From Longimicrobiales bacterium (GTDB taxonomy: Bacteria; Gemmatimonadota; Gemmatimonadetes; Longimicrobiales; Gaopeijiaceae): DNA of 64,000 bases. Where the stretch lies: positions 1 to 64,000 of the forward strand of contig JAWLHJ010000005.1 of NCBI GenBank assembly GCA_041690395.1, written 5' to 3'. The translations under genes were made by a program, and so were the position numbers. Under the pieces are notes generated by a model. That model worked only from the letters and a program-made list of their open reading frames with translations, was not told the DNA's origin and ran no database searches. Positions 28,899-38,668 of this stretch are shown in pieces (position 1 is the first letter of the stretch; every line of letters starts with the position of its first letter).

Positions 28899-29300
28899 TC
28901 AGACCCGGGACAGCGCGCGCTTCATGCGGTCCCTGACCTCTTCGGCCAGCGGACCCAGGTCGGCCCGGCCCGAGACCCCCAGCTGCTGGACGGGGTCCAG
29001 AACCGACACCGTGCAGCGTCCGGGCTCGTCGTCGGTGTACACGACCACGTTACACGGAAGCAGCAGCCCGATATCGTCTTCCTCGGACAACGCCTGGTGG
29101 GCGAGGGCGGGGTTGCACGCGCCGAGGATGCGGTACTCCCGGAAATCGACGTCGAGCTTCTTCTTGAGCGTTCCCGCCACGTCGATGCGCGTCAGCACGC
29201 CGAACCCTTCCGTGGCGAGGGCGTCCTCGACCCGCACCTCGACGGCGTCGATCGATCCATCCACCTTCTTCTTGAACCCGTAGCTCAGCGCGTCGGACAT
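28899..29300 (-). CDS. DUF302 protein
   Basis: EGFGVLTRIDV, YRILGACNP, IGLLLPCNVVV. Confidence 0.9.
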   Translation of the reverse strand: MSDALSYGFKKKVDGSIDAVEVRVEDALATEGFGVLTRIDVAGTLKKKLDVDFREYRILGACNPALAHQALSEEDDIGLLLPCNVVVYTDDEPGRCTVSVLDPVQQLGVSGRADLGPLAEEVRDRMKRALSRV

Positions 29301-29333
29301 ATCGACTCGACTCCCGGAAAGCGTAAAGAACGC

Positions 29334-31955
29334 ATGTCTTCCTCTGACGATACCCCGATGATGCAGCAATGGCGCGAAGCCAAGTCGCGCCATCGGGATG
29401 CGCTCGTCTTCTTCAGGGTAGGCGATTTCTTCGAGCTCTTCAATGAAGACGCCGAGGAGGGGGCCCGCCTTCTGGGACTCACGTTGACGTCCCGCAACAA
29501 CGGCGCGGCGTCCAAGGTCCCGCTGGCCGGCGTTCCGGCCAAGGCGCTCGACGACTACCTGGCGCGCCTCGTGAAGCTGGGGCGGAGGGTCGCGATCTGC
29601 GACCAGGTGGAGGATCCCTCGGAGGCCAAGGGAATCGTGCGACGCGAGGTGACCGAGACCGTCACGCCCGGGACGGTGCTCGCAGACGCGCTCCTCACCG
29701 ATCGGCGGAACAACTTCCTGGCGTCGGTCGTGCGGAAGCCGGAGGGCGGCTTCGCGCTGGCCGCGCTCGACGTCTCGACCGGCGAGATCTCGGTCCGGGC
29801 CGTACCTGAAGGCGAGCTCCGCGCCGAGCTCGGGCGACTCGAGCCGTCCGAGCTGCTGCTCCCGCGACGGCTCGACCGCGACGATGCCCTCTCGCCCGAT
29901 CGCTCGGGCACGAGCGCGCCGCGGACGTACCGGGACGACTGGATCTTCGACCACGATGTATGTGTCGATGCTCTGACGGAGGCGTACGGCGTCCGGTCGC
30001 TGGACGGATTCGGCTTCCAGGGCGGGGACGAAGCGCTGGCCCGCGCGGCCGGATCGCTGGTGCAGTACCTCCGCGAGATCCGCCCGGGTGGCGTCGGCCA
30101 CCTGCGTCCGGTCCGGATCCAACGGCGGGGCGCGCTCATGCTCCTCGACGACATGACCCGCCGGAACCTCGAGCTGACGGAGCCGCTCCGGAGCGGGGAG
30201 GAGGGCGGCACGCTGCTCGACGTGATCGACGAGAGCGTCACCGCGATGGGCGGGCGTATGCTCAGGCGCTGGGTGCTCGAGCCCCTCGTCGAGGCCGAGC
30301 CCATCTGGGCCCGGCAGGACGCCGTGCGCGAGCTCACGGAGCGGCGGGACCTCCGCGAAGGACTCCGCTCGGAGCTGGGCGGCGTGGCCGACCTGGAGCG
30401 GATCGCGGGCAAGCTCGGAACGCAGCGGGTCGGTCCGCGCGACCTGGCCGGCCTTCGTCGGTCGCTGGAGCGCCTGCCTTCGCTGCGGGACGCGCTGGCA
30501 GGCGCGGAGAGTGAGCTCCTGGGCTCGCTGCTCGGTGACTTCGACGTGCTGGACGACGTCTGCTCACTCCTGGGTGACGCCATCGCGGACGACCCGCCGG
30601 CGGTGCTCCAGGACGGGGGCGTGATCCGGGCCGGATGGTCGGACGAGCTCGACGAGCTGCGGTCCGTGCGGGACGGCGCGCGCGACTTCATCGCACGGCT
30701 CCAGGCCCGGGAACGGGAGCGGACCGGCATCGGGTCGCTCAAGGTCGGCTTCAACAAGGTCTTCGGATACTACCTCGAGGTCACGAAGTCGAACCTCGAC
30801 AAGGTGCCGGACGACTACGTCCGCAAGCAGACGCTCGCCAACGGGGAGCGTTACTTCACGCCGGAGCTCAAGGAGTGGGAGGAGAAGGTCTTCGGCGCCG
30901 AAGACCGCATCGGCCACATGGAGGCCCAGCTCTTCACCGAGCTGCGCGAGCGGGTGGGGCGGGCGGTGCCCCGCATCCAGGACGCGGCGGCGCGCGTGGC
31001 CACCCTCGACGTCCTCTCGACCCTCGCGCAGGTCGCGGTTCGCCGAGGATACGTGCGCCCCGAGCTCCACACGGGCTTCGACCTCGAGATCCGCGCCGGG
31101 CGACACCCGGTGGTCGAGACGATGATGCCGCGCGAGGAGTTCATCCCGAACGACCTCGTCCTCGACGACGACGGCTGGGTCGTCGTACTCACCGGTCCGA
31201 ACATGGCCGGAAAGAGCACGATCCTCCGGCAGATCGGGCTTATCCAGCTGCTGGCCCAGATGGGCTCGTTCGTGCCCGCCGACTCGGCGCGGCTCCCGCT
31301 CGTCGACCGCGTCTTCACGCGGGTCGGCGCGTCGGACAACCTGGCGCGCGGGCAGTCGACCTTCATGGTCGAGATGAGCGAGACCGCGGCCATCGTCCAC
31401 GGGGCGACGGACAGGAGTCTCGTGCTGCTCGACGAGATCGGCCGCGGGACGTCGACGTACGACGGCGTCTCGATCGCCTGGGCGGTCACCGAGCACATCC
31501 ATGAGGCCATCGGGGCCAAGACGGTCTTCGCCACCCACTACCACGAGCTCACCCAGCTCGGCGACCTGCTTCCGGGCGTGAAGAACATGAACGTCGCGGT
31601 CCGGGAGGTCGGCTCGGAGATCGTCTTCCTGCGGCGTCTGATGGACGGAGGCGCGGACCGCTCTTACGGCATCCAGGTGGCGCGCCTCGCCGGGCTGCCC
31701 GAGGAGATCGTGGGCCGGGCGCGGGAACTTCTGGCGGAGTTGGAGGGAACACATAGCGGAGGCGGGGAGGGCCTCGGACGTCACGGCGCGCATCGACCGT
31801 CCGGTGAGCCCCATCTGGATCAGCTCTCCATCTTCCAGGTCGAGGACCCGCTGCTCCGGCGCTTGAGGGCGCTGGACCCGGACGCGCTGTCCCCGAGGGA
31901 AGCCCTCGACCTGATCTACGAACTCGGCAACGCTGCGACGGATAGAGAAGAGTGA
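29334..31955 (+). CDS. mutS: DNA mismatch repair protein MutS
   Basis: TPMMQQ, GDFFELF, TGPNMAGKST, DEIGRGTST, ATHYHEL. Confidence 0.98.
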   Translation: MSSSDDTPMMQQWREAKSRHRDALVFFRVGDFFELFNEDAEEGARLLGLTLTSRNNGAASKVPLAGVPAKALDDYLARLVKLGRRVAICDQVEDPSEAKGIVRREVTETVTPGTVLADALLTDRRNNFLASVVRKPEGGFALAALDVSTGEISVRAVPEGELRAELGRLEPSELLLPRRLDRDDALSPDRSGTSAPRTYRDDWIFDHDVCVDALTEAYGVRSLDGFGFQGGDEALARAAGSLVQYLREIRPGGVGHLRPVRIQRRGALMLLDDMTRRNLELTEPLRSGEEGGTLLDVIDESVTAMGGRMLRRWVLEPLVEAEPIWARQDAVRELTERRDLREGLRSELGGVADLERIAGKLGTQRVGPRDLAGLRRSLERLPSLRDALAGAESELLGSLLGDFDVLDDVCSLLGDAIADDPPAVLQDGGVIRAGWSDELDELRSVRDGARDFIARLQARERERTGIGSLKVGFNKVFGYYLEVTKSNLDKVPDDYVRKQTLANGERYFTPELKEWEEKVFGAEDRIGHMEAQLFTELRERVGRAVPRIQDAAARVATLDVLSTLAQVAVRRGYVRPELHTGFDLEIRAGRHPVVETMMPREEFIPNDLVLDDDGWVVVLTGPNMAGKSTILRQIGLIQLLAQMGSFVPADSARLPLVDRVFTRVGASDNLARGQSTFMVEMSETAAIVHGATDRSLVLLDEIGRGTSTYDGVSIAWAVTEHIHEAIGAKTVFATHYHELTQLGDLLPGVKNMNVAVREVGSEIVFLRRLMDGGADRSYGIQVARLAGLPEEIVGRARELLAELEGTHSGGGEGLGRHGAHRPSGEPHLDQLSIFQVEDPLLRRLRALDPDALSPREALDLIYELGNAATDREE

Positions 31956-32344
31956 CACGACTTCGATGGAGGGGGGCGCTCGCGCTCGTCGTGGCGGGCG
32001 CGACGAGCGCTTGTGGCGGCGAGGGCGAGATCGAGCAACCGGCGCCTTTGTACGGCGACGTTCCGATCGAGTACCCGCTGCACCTCTGGGACCAGGACAT
32101 GGAGGGGGAGACCCTTCTCCGCGTTCGGGTCACGGACACGGGCGCCGTCGACAGCGTGGAGGTGGTCGAGTCGTCCGGGCACTCGGACTTCGACGCGGCG
32201 GCCGTGGACGGCGCCCGCTCTCTCCGCTTCACGCCGGCACGCAAGGACGGCGAGCGTATACGGGTCTGGGCGCGCGTGCCGGTGCACTTCTCGAAACGGC
32301 CGATGCCCGATACGCTCCGGATACGCGACCGCTCGGAGTCCTGA
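31952..32344 (+). CDS. TonB C-terminal domain lipoprotein
   Basis: EYP...EGETLLRVRV...SSGHSDFDAAA...FTPA. Confidence 0.85.
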   Translation: MTRLRWRGALALVVAGATSACGGEGEIEQPAPLYGDVPIEYPLHLWDQDMEGETLLRVRVTDTGAVDSVEVVESSGHSDFDAAAVDGARSLRFTPARKDGERIRVWARVPVHFSKRPMPDTLRIRDRSES

Positions 32345-32401
32345 GCCGGCCGCGGCCGTGAGCCCAACCCTCGTCCGCGCACCAACCAGGAGCTTCGCCG
32401 A

Positions 32402-33787
32402 ATGATCGAGCGGCATCCGCGTCCCTACGACAGCATCCTCGACCTCATCGGGTGGACCCCGCTGGTCCGTCTCAACGCGGTCACGGACGGGGCTCGCACG
32501 CCCGTGTACGTGAAGTGCGAGTTCATGAATCCCGGGGGATCGATCAAGGACCGGATCGGGCTCGCGATGGTCGAGCAGGCCGAGCGGAACGGAACGCTCG
32601 AGCCGGGTGGCACGATCGTGGAGGCGACCGGGGGCAACACCGGCCTCGCCCTGGCCATGGCGGCGTCGCTCAAGGGGTACCGCTGCATCTGCACGATGCC
32701 CGACAAGATGAGCTCGGAGAAGGTGAAGCTGCTCCGCGCGTTCGGCGCCGAGGTCATCATCACACCGACCGCCGTGGGTCCCGATCACCCGGACCACTAC
32801 CTGCAGCGCGCCCGGGCCATCGCGAAGGAGACGCCGGGCGCGGTGATGGCCGACCAGTTCTACAACCAGGCGAACCCCGACGCGCACTACCATACGACGG
32901 GACGCGAGATCTGGGAGCAGACCGACGGGAAGGTGACGCACTTCGTGGCGTCCGCGGGGACCGGCGGCACGATCACCGGTGTCGGCCGTTACCTGAAGGA
33001 GCACCGGCCCGACGCGCACATCGTCGGGATCGACCCCGAGGGCTCGATGATCGCTCCGTACTTCAACACCGGCGAGAAAGTCGAGGGACACCCGTACAAG
33101 GTCGAGGGCATCGGCAACGACAAGATCCCCGGGACGCTCGACCTGGACGTGGTAGACGAGTACCGCACCATGGGCGACGGTCCCGCGTTCCGGATGGCCC
33201 GGCGCCTGACCCGCGAGGAAGGGATGTTCGCGGGCGGCTCGGCGGGCCTTCTGGTTCAAGGCGCTGTCGACGTGGCCCGGGAGGTGGACGACCCGGACGC
33301 GCTCGTCGTCACGCTCGTCTGCGATTGGGGGGAGCGCTACCTCAGCAAGGTGTACGACGACGACTGGATGCGCGAGAACGGCTTTCTCCAGCGGCCCCGG
33401 CGTCCCACGGTCGGCACGGTGCTGCAGGCGAAGCAGGACGGGGTCGGACACGTGGTCTCGGTCGAACCCGCCACCCCGATCCGGCTCGCGCTCTCGGCCA
33501 TCACGGCGCACGACGTCGGTCAGCTTCCGGTGCTGCGGCACGGAGAATGCGTCGGCTCGGTGACCGAGGGCATTCTGATGAGCGCCGTCATCGCCGACCC
33601 GACCATCCTGGATAAGCCGACCGAGAGCATCATGGGACCGCCGTTCCCCGTCGTGGACAGCCACAACGACTCCGAGGAGGTGCGCAACCTCCTGACCCGG
33701 GAGAACGCCGCCTGCCTCGTGCGCGAGGGAGGAAAGATCACGGGCATCATCACGCGGTACGACCTCGTCCGGGCGCTGATGGGATGA
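32402..33787 (+). CDS. Cystathionine beta-synthase (PLP enzyme + CBS pair)
   Basis: NPGGSIKDRI, GTGGT, C-terminal CBS domains. Confidence 0.92.
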   Translation: MIERHPRPYDSILDLIGWTPLVRLNAVTDGARTPVYVKCEFMNPGGSIKDRIGLAMVEQAERNGTLEPGGTIVEATGGNTGLALAMAASLKGYRCICTMPDKMSSEKVKLLRAFGAEVIITPTAVGPDHPDHYLQRARAIAKETPGAVMADQFYNQANPDAHYHTTGREIWEQTDGKVTHFVASAGTGGTITGVGRYLKEHRPDAHIVGIDPEGSMIAPYFNTGEKVEGHPYKVEGIGNDKIPGTLDLDVVDEYRTMGDGPAFRMARRLTREEGMFAGGSAGLLVQGAVDVAREVDDPDALVVTLVCDWGERYLSKVYDDDWMRENGFLQRPRRPTVGTVLQAKQDGVGHVVSVEPATPIRLALSAITAHDVGQLPVLRHGECVGSVTEGILMSAVIADPTILDKPTESIMGPPFPVVDSHNDSEEVRNLLTRENAACLVREGGKITGIITRYDLVRALMG

Positions 33788-34848
33788 AGATCGCCGTGCT
33801 GATGGGCGGCACGTCCGACGAGCGTGAGGTCTCGCTCGCGTCCGGCGTCGAGGTGAGCGCGGCGCTCCGCGAGGCCGGGCACGAGGTGGTCGCGGTCGAT
33901 ACCGTGACGGGGGTGCTCGATGCCGATCGCGAACGGGCGCTGCGCGAGCGAGGGGTCGCCGCGCTCCCGCCGTCCTCCGAGGATCTCGCCTGGATGGACG
34001 AGCGCGGGACCGTGGCGCTCACGCGCGCCCCCGAGCTCGAAGACGCCGACGTGTTCTTCCTCGCGCTGCACGGAGGGAGCGGTGAGGACGGCACGGTCCA
34101 GGCGCTTCTGGAGATCGCCGGGGTGACCTACACCGGGAGCGACCGGCTCGGATGCTCCCTGGCGATGGACAAGGAGGTCACCAAGCGCCTGCTGCGAGAC
34201 GCCGGCGTGCCGACGCCGGATTGGATGGCGTTCGGGCCCGACGACGCTCCGCCGACCGCCTCCGAGATCGAGGCCCGCCTGGGGCTGCCGGTCATCGTGA
34301 AGGCTTCCGCGGGGGGTTCGTCGCTGCGGCTGGTACTGGCGCACGACCGCGGTGAGCTGGAGGACGCCATCGCCGCCAGCCGCGGCTGGGACGACGTGGT
34401 CCTGTTCGAGCGATACCACCGTGGCCGTGAGCTGACGGTGGGTGTCGTCGGGGACCGTGCGCTCCCGGTGGGAGAGATCGTGCCCCGCAACGAGATCTTC
34501 GACTACGAGTGCAAGTACCAGCCGGGCATGGCGGAAGAGATCTTCCCGGCCGACATCCCGGCCGACCAGGACGCGCGTCTGCGAGATCTGGCCCTCCGGG
34601 TCCACGCCGCGCTGCGTATGCGGGACTACTCGCGGGTAGACTTCATCGTGGACGGCGACGGCGGGGCATGGTGCCTCGAGGCGAACGCGCTCCCTGGCAT
34701 GACGGCCAACAGCCTTCTGCCGAAGGCGGCGAAGGCTTCGGGGATATCCTTTCCGGAGCTCTGCGACGAGTTGGTCTCGCTCGCGGCCCGGCGAGCCCCG
34801 GACCGGACCCGCCAGCAGGAACCTGATTCGGAGCCGGGGGTTCGATAG
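33784..34848 (+). CDS. ddl: D-alanine--D-alanine ligase
   Basis: GGTSDEREVSL, HGGSGEDG, FDYECKY, EANALPGMT. Confidence 0.95.
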   Translation: MKIAVLMGGTSDEREVSLASGVEVSAALREAGHEVVAVDTVTGVLDADRERALRERGVAALPPSSEDLAWMDERGTVALTRAPELEDADVFFLALHGGSGEDGTVQALLEIAGVTYTGSDRLGCSLAMDKEVTKRLLRDAGVPTPDWMAFGPDDAPPTASEIEARLGLPVIVKASAGGSSLRLVLAHDRGELEDAIAASRGWDDVVLFERYHRGRELTVGVVGDRALPVGEIVPRNEIFDYECKYQPGMAEEIFPADIPADQDARLRDLALRVHAALRMRDYSRVDFIVDGDGGAWCLEANALPGMTANSLLPKAAKASGISFPELCDELVSLAARRAPDRTRQQEPDSEPGVR

Positions 34849-34940
34849 TTCCCCCTTGAAACACGGATCGCTGGGCTGGGGGCACGCCCTTCCGGGTCAC
34901 GCGGCACCCTCCCAGCGGCGATCGAGGTCGAAGTGAGTCG

Positions 34941-35780
34941 ATGAGAGGAATGGCGCAGACGTTCAACGGCTTCGGCGGTGGGTTCATGCTCACCCCGATG
35001 GTGAAGCGCCTCCTCGTGGCCAACGTCGTGGTCTTCCTCCTGACCCTGCTGATCGGCCGCGACTTCATCTTCGAGTGGTTCGCCTTCCAGCCGACGCGCA
35101 TCGTGCTCCGGCCCTGGGGCCCCTTCACCTACATGTTCCTGCACGGCGATCTCATGCACCTCGCCGTGAACATGCTGGTGCTCTTCTTCTTCGGCCCGCC
35201 GTTGGAGGCGCAGTGGGGGGAGCGGGAGTTCCTCAAGTTCTTCGTGATCTGCGGGCTCGGGGGGGTGGCGCTGAGCTATCTCTTCCTGCCCGCATGGGTG
35301 GTCGGAGCCTCGGCCGCCGTCTACGGCGTGATGCTCGCGTTCGCGATGAACTGGCCCAACCTCCCGATCTACGTCTGGGGCATCTTCCCCGTGCAGGCGA
35401 AGTACCTGGTCGGCTTCCTCTTCGTGGTGAGCCTGCTGAGTGCCGTGCAGGGGGCCAGCGACGGCGTGGCCCACTTCGCCCACCTCGGGGGGCTGGCCGC
35501 GGGCTTCTTCTATCTGAAGGCGGACTGGCGCCCGAAGCAGCAGCTCGATCGGCTGCGGAAGGCTACCGGCGGATCACGGCGCATGGCCATCGTGCCCCGG
35601 GACGAGGACGATGAGCCCACGCCCCGCCGTCGCGCCCGTCGCGCCACCAAGGAGGACGTGCGCCTCTACGATCAGGTCGACGCGGTTCTCGACAAGATCT
35701 CCGCGGAGGGGATGGGCGCGCTGACCCGGGAGGAGCGGGAGCTCCTCGACGAGGTCTCGAGGCGACACCGCACGAACTGA
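34941..35780 (+). CDS. Rhomboid intramembrane serine protease with C-terminal soluble domain
   Basis: HLAVNM, GASAA, AHFAHLGG. Confidence 0.92.
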   Translation: MRGMAQTFNGFGGGFMLTPMVKRLLVANVVVFLLTLLIGRDFIFEWFAFQPTRIVLRPWGPFTYMFLHGDLMHLAVNMLVLFFFGPPLEAQWGEREFLKFFVICGLGGVALSYLFLPAWVVGASAAVYGVMLAFAMNWPNLPIYVWGIFPVQAKYLVGFLFVVSLLSAVQGASDGVAHFAHLGGLAAGFFYLKADWRPKQQLDRLRKATGGSRRMAIVPRDEDDEPTPRRRARRATKEDVRLYDQVDAVLDKISAEGMGALTREERELLDEVSRRHRTN

Positions 35781-35820
35781 GCGGACCTACCCTTGACCGA
35801 CACGGAAGCGGATCGCCTGT

Positions 35821-35857
35821 TGACATGACATATGATTATCTATATATACCAATGTCA
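35821..35857. promoter_or_regulatory. AT-rich operator/promoter upstream of arsR
   Basis: TGACAT...ATGTCA inverted repeat flanking an ATAT-rich core. Confidence 0.5.
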
Positions 35858-35874
35858 CAAACACGGAGGAGCCC

Positions 35875-36180
35875 ATGACGACGGCGAAACAGAGGCTGCT
35901 GGAGCACGAGGACGTCGAGAACACGGCGCGAGTCCTCAAGTGTCTCGGCCATCCACTCAGGCTACGGATCCTGGACGTGCTCGAGAAGAAGACCGAGGCG
36001 ACGGTGACCGAGGTGCATGAAGCGCTCGAGATCGAGCAGGCCGTCGCTTCCCAGCACCTCACGACCATGCGCGACAAGGGGATCCTCGAATCGAGGAAGG
36101 AGGGCGTGCACGTGATCTACCGCATCGGGGACGACCGGGCGGTTAAGGTGCTGTCCTGCGTGCGGGAATCGGCATGCTGA
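35875..36180 (+). CDS. ArsR/SmtB-family repressor
   Basis: LKCLGHPLRLRIL, ASQHL, C-terminal cysteines. Confidence 0.92.
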   Translation: MTTAKQRLLEHEDVENTARVLKCLGHPLRLRILDVLEKKTEATVTEVHEALEIEQAVASQHLTTMRDKGILESRKEGVHVIYRIGDDRAVKVLSCVRESAC

Positions 36181-36227
36181 TGGGTACCGCTTCTTTGGAC
36201 GAGATATATACTTATATGAATATATTT

Positions 36228-37604
36228 ATGATGAGATCCGTGCGGTCCGTGTGGGGGGTGCCGATGCTCCTCGCCGCCCTGCAGGGCTTCTCTCCCTCGG
36301 GGGCACCGCCGCTGGCTGCACAGGAGGTACGGAGGGTGACCCTGGCCGAGGCCGTGGAGGAGGCTCGTGCCAACCACGCCCAGGTCGGTGTCGCGGAGGC
36401 CCGGGCCCTCGCGGCACGGGAGCAGATCACGGCCGCCGGCGCGAGTCGCTGGCCCACCCTGGGGTTGGAGGCCGGCGTGCTGTCGTCCACCGACCCGGTG
36501 GCGGCATTCGGAGGCCGACTCCGACAGGGGCGCTTCACGCAGGCCGACTTCGACCCGGCGCTCTTGAACGATCCGGACGCGTTGACCGACCTCGACGGAG
36601 CCCTCGTCCTCGGGTGGACGCCTGTCGACTTTTCCCGTGACGCAGCGTTGGGCGCCGCGAGGGCCAACGCCGAGGCCGCCGATCTGGGCGCCACCTGGGC
36701 CCGCCGTGTCGCGGGATATCAGGCGGAAGTCCGGTACGTGGAAGCCGCGGGTGCCGAGCTGATGCTCGAGGCGGCCCGCTCCGCCACCGAGGCGGCCGAG
36801 GCCAACTTCTCGCTGGTGGAGCGACATGCGGCGGAGGGCGTTGTGACCGACGCCGACGTCCTCCGTGCGAGGGCCGCGCTGGAAGACGCGCGTGCCCGTC
36901 AGATCGTGGCCGAGCAGGGTGTCGACGACGCACGCGGTCGGTTGGCGCTGGCCCTCGGATGGCCGGCCGGTACCGTGCCGGCTCCGGTCGTCGATGCGGA
37001 AGGCTTGGTCGCGGAGGCCCCCGTGATCCCGGACGACCTGGGACGCGCGGACCTGTGGGCATCGGAAGCCCAGGTCCGGGCCGCCACACAGGTCGCCAGC
37101 CAGGCGAGCCGGGCGCGACTGCCGCGCATCCAGGGCTTCGCCCGGCTGGAAGCGCACACGAACGAGTCGTTCTCGGACGCCGGGGACTCCTGGACGGTGG
37201 GGCTCCGGGTGAGCGTTCCGCTCTTCACCGGCTTCGAAGTCGGTGCCAGGAGCGCCGCGGCCAGGGCCGAGCTGGAGGCCGTGACGCTCGGGCACGAGCA
37301 GCGGCTCGACGAGGCCCGCACGTCGTTGGCCGAGGCCCGGCGCGGCGCGGAGAGCCGCCGTCGGGCGGCGCTCGCTGCCGAGGCGGCCGCCGAAGCCGCC
37401 GAGGAGGCCGCGCGCCTCATGAGGCTCCGTTTCGACGAAGGCCTGGCGACGACGGCCGAGCTGTTGGCCGCTGAAGCCGCCGCCGTACGGCAACACACCG
37501 CCGCGGTGAATGCGCGGCTCGAGCACCGGATCGCGACCGCGAGCCTGCTGCTCCTGGACGATCCCCGACTGGACACCGACCTCGCCGAAGGAGTGAACCG
37601 ATGA
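36228..37604 (+). CDS. TolC-family outer membrane factor
   Basis: Signal peptide, SVPLFTG, RFDEGLAT; start codon uncertain. Confidence 0.88.
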   Translation: MMRSVRSVWGVPMLLAALQGFSPSGAPPLAAQEVRRVTLAEAVEEARANHAQVGVAEARALAAREQITAAGASRWPTLGLEAGVLSSTDPVAAFGGRLRQGRFTQADFDPALLNDPDALTDLDGALVLGWTPVDFSRDAALGAARANAEAADLGATWARRVAGYQAEVRYVEAAGAELMLEAARSATEAAEANFSLVERHAAEGVVTDADVLRARAALEDARARQIVAEQGVDDARGRLALALGWPAGTVPAPVVDAEGLVAEAPVIPDDLGRADLWASEAQVRAATQVASQASRARLPRIQGFARLEAHTNESFSDAGDSWTVGLRVSVPLFTGFEVGARSAAARAELEAVTLGHEQRLDEARTSLAEARRGAESRRRAALAAEAAAEAAEEAARLMRLRFDEGLATTAELLAAEAAAVRQHTAAVNARLEHRIATASLLLLDDPRLDTDLAEGVNR

Positions 37605-38668
37605 AGACCAAGCTGACCCTGCTCGCCCTCACCCTCGGGGCCGCCGCCTGTGGCGCGGACGAGCCCGGACGTGTGGAGGTAGACCGGACGCCGGTCGATG
37701 TCGTGGTCGCGGCCCCGGTGACGGCTCCGTCCGTCGTGACCTATGCGGCCGAAGTGACCGCCGAGCGGACCGCCGACATCGCGACCCGCATGAGCGGAGC
37801 CGTAAGGGAGGTACACGCGGACATCGGGAGCCGAGTGCGTCGCGGAGACCGGCTCGTCTCCCTCGACGCCCGCGACGTGTTCGCCCGCGTCGGGGCGGCC
37901 CGCGCCGCCTTCGATCTGGCCGAGAAGAGCCACGGACGCATCGAGCGTCTGGCGGCCGACGGGGCCGCTTCGACCCAGGAGCTGGACCGAAGCACCGCCG
38001 CGCTCGAGGGCGCGCGGTCGGCGCTCGCCGAGGCCGAGGCTCAGGAAGCCTACGCCGTCGTGACGGCACCGTTCGACGGGGTGGTGACGGCGCGGCGCGT
38101 GGAGCCGGGTGACCTCGCGAGCCCGGGCATGCCCCTGTTCTCGATGGTCGACCCGGCCACCCTGAAGGTCGTGGCCGATCTCCCGGCCCATCTCGTCGGG
38201 GCCGTGCGCGAAGGCGCCACCGTTCAGGTCGAGGTCGTGGGTGACGCGACCGGGAGCCCCGTGTCCGCCCGGGTGAGTCGGGTCGTGCCGGCCGTGGCCG
38301 GAGGCGGACGCACGTTCCGGATCGAGGCGGTCCCGAGCGACGCGCTCGAAGGTGCGTACCCGGGAGCCTACGCTCGCTTGAGTCTGCCTTCCGAGGGGGC
38401 CGGCACACGCTGGATCCCGGCGGATGCCGTCGTGGAGCGGGGTCAACTCACCGGCATCTACACCGTGGAGGACGACGTGCTGCGCCTTCGCTGGGTGCGT
38501 CTAGGCGCGCGGCGTGCCGACGCCGTGGAGCTGCTGTCCGGTCCGGCCGGGGAGCTCCGGATCGTGAGGAACCCGGAGGTCGGCTTCACGGACGGCCAGC
38601 CGGTGGGGACCGCACGTGACGAAAGTTGGACGCTCGCGGCCCTCGCGGCCGGGGAGACGAACCGATGA
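37601..38668 (+). CDS. RND periplasmic adaptor (MFP)
   Basis: Lipobox AAAC, VTAPFDGVV. Confidence 0.92.
   Translation: MKTKLTLLALTLGAAACGADEPGRVEVDRTPVDVVVAAPVTAPSVVTYAAEVTAERTADIATRMSGAVREVHADIGSRVRRGDRLVSLDARDVFARVGAARAAFDLAEKSHGRIERLAADGAASTQELDRSTAALEGARSALAEAEAQEAYAVVTAPFDGVVTARRVEPGDLASPGMPLFSMVDPATLKVVADLPAHLVGAVREGATVQVEVVGDATGSPVSARVSRVVPAVAGGGRTFRIEAVPSDALEGAYPGAYARLSLPSEGAGTRWIPADAVVERGQLTGIYTVEDDVLRLRWVRLGARRADAVELLSGPAGELRIVRNPEVGFTDGQPVGTARDESWTLAALAAGETNR

Noticed and set aside
34854..34892. CTTGAAACA...GGCACGCCCT, similar to 25287-25320
   Set aside because: Spacing differs and the -12 GC is absent; too weak to call.
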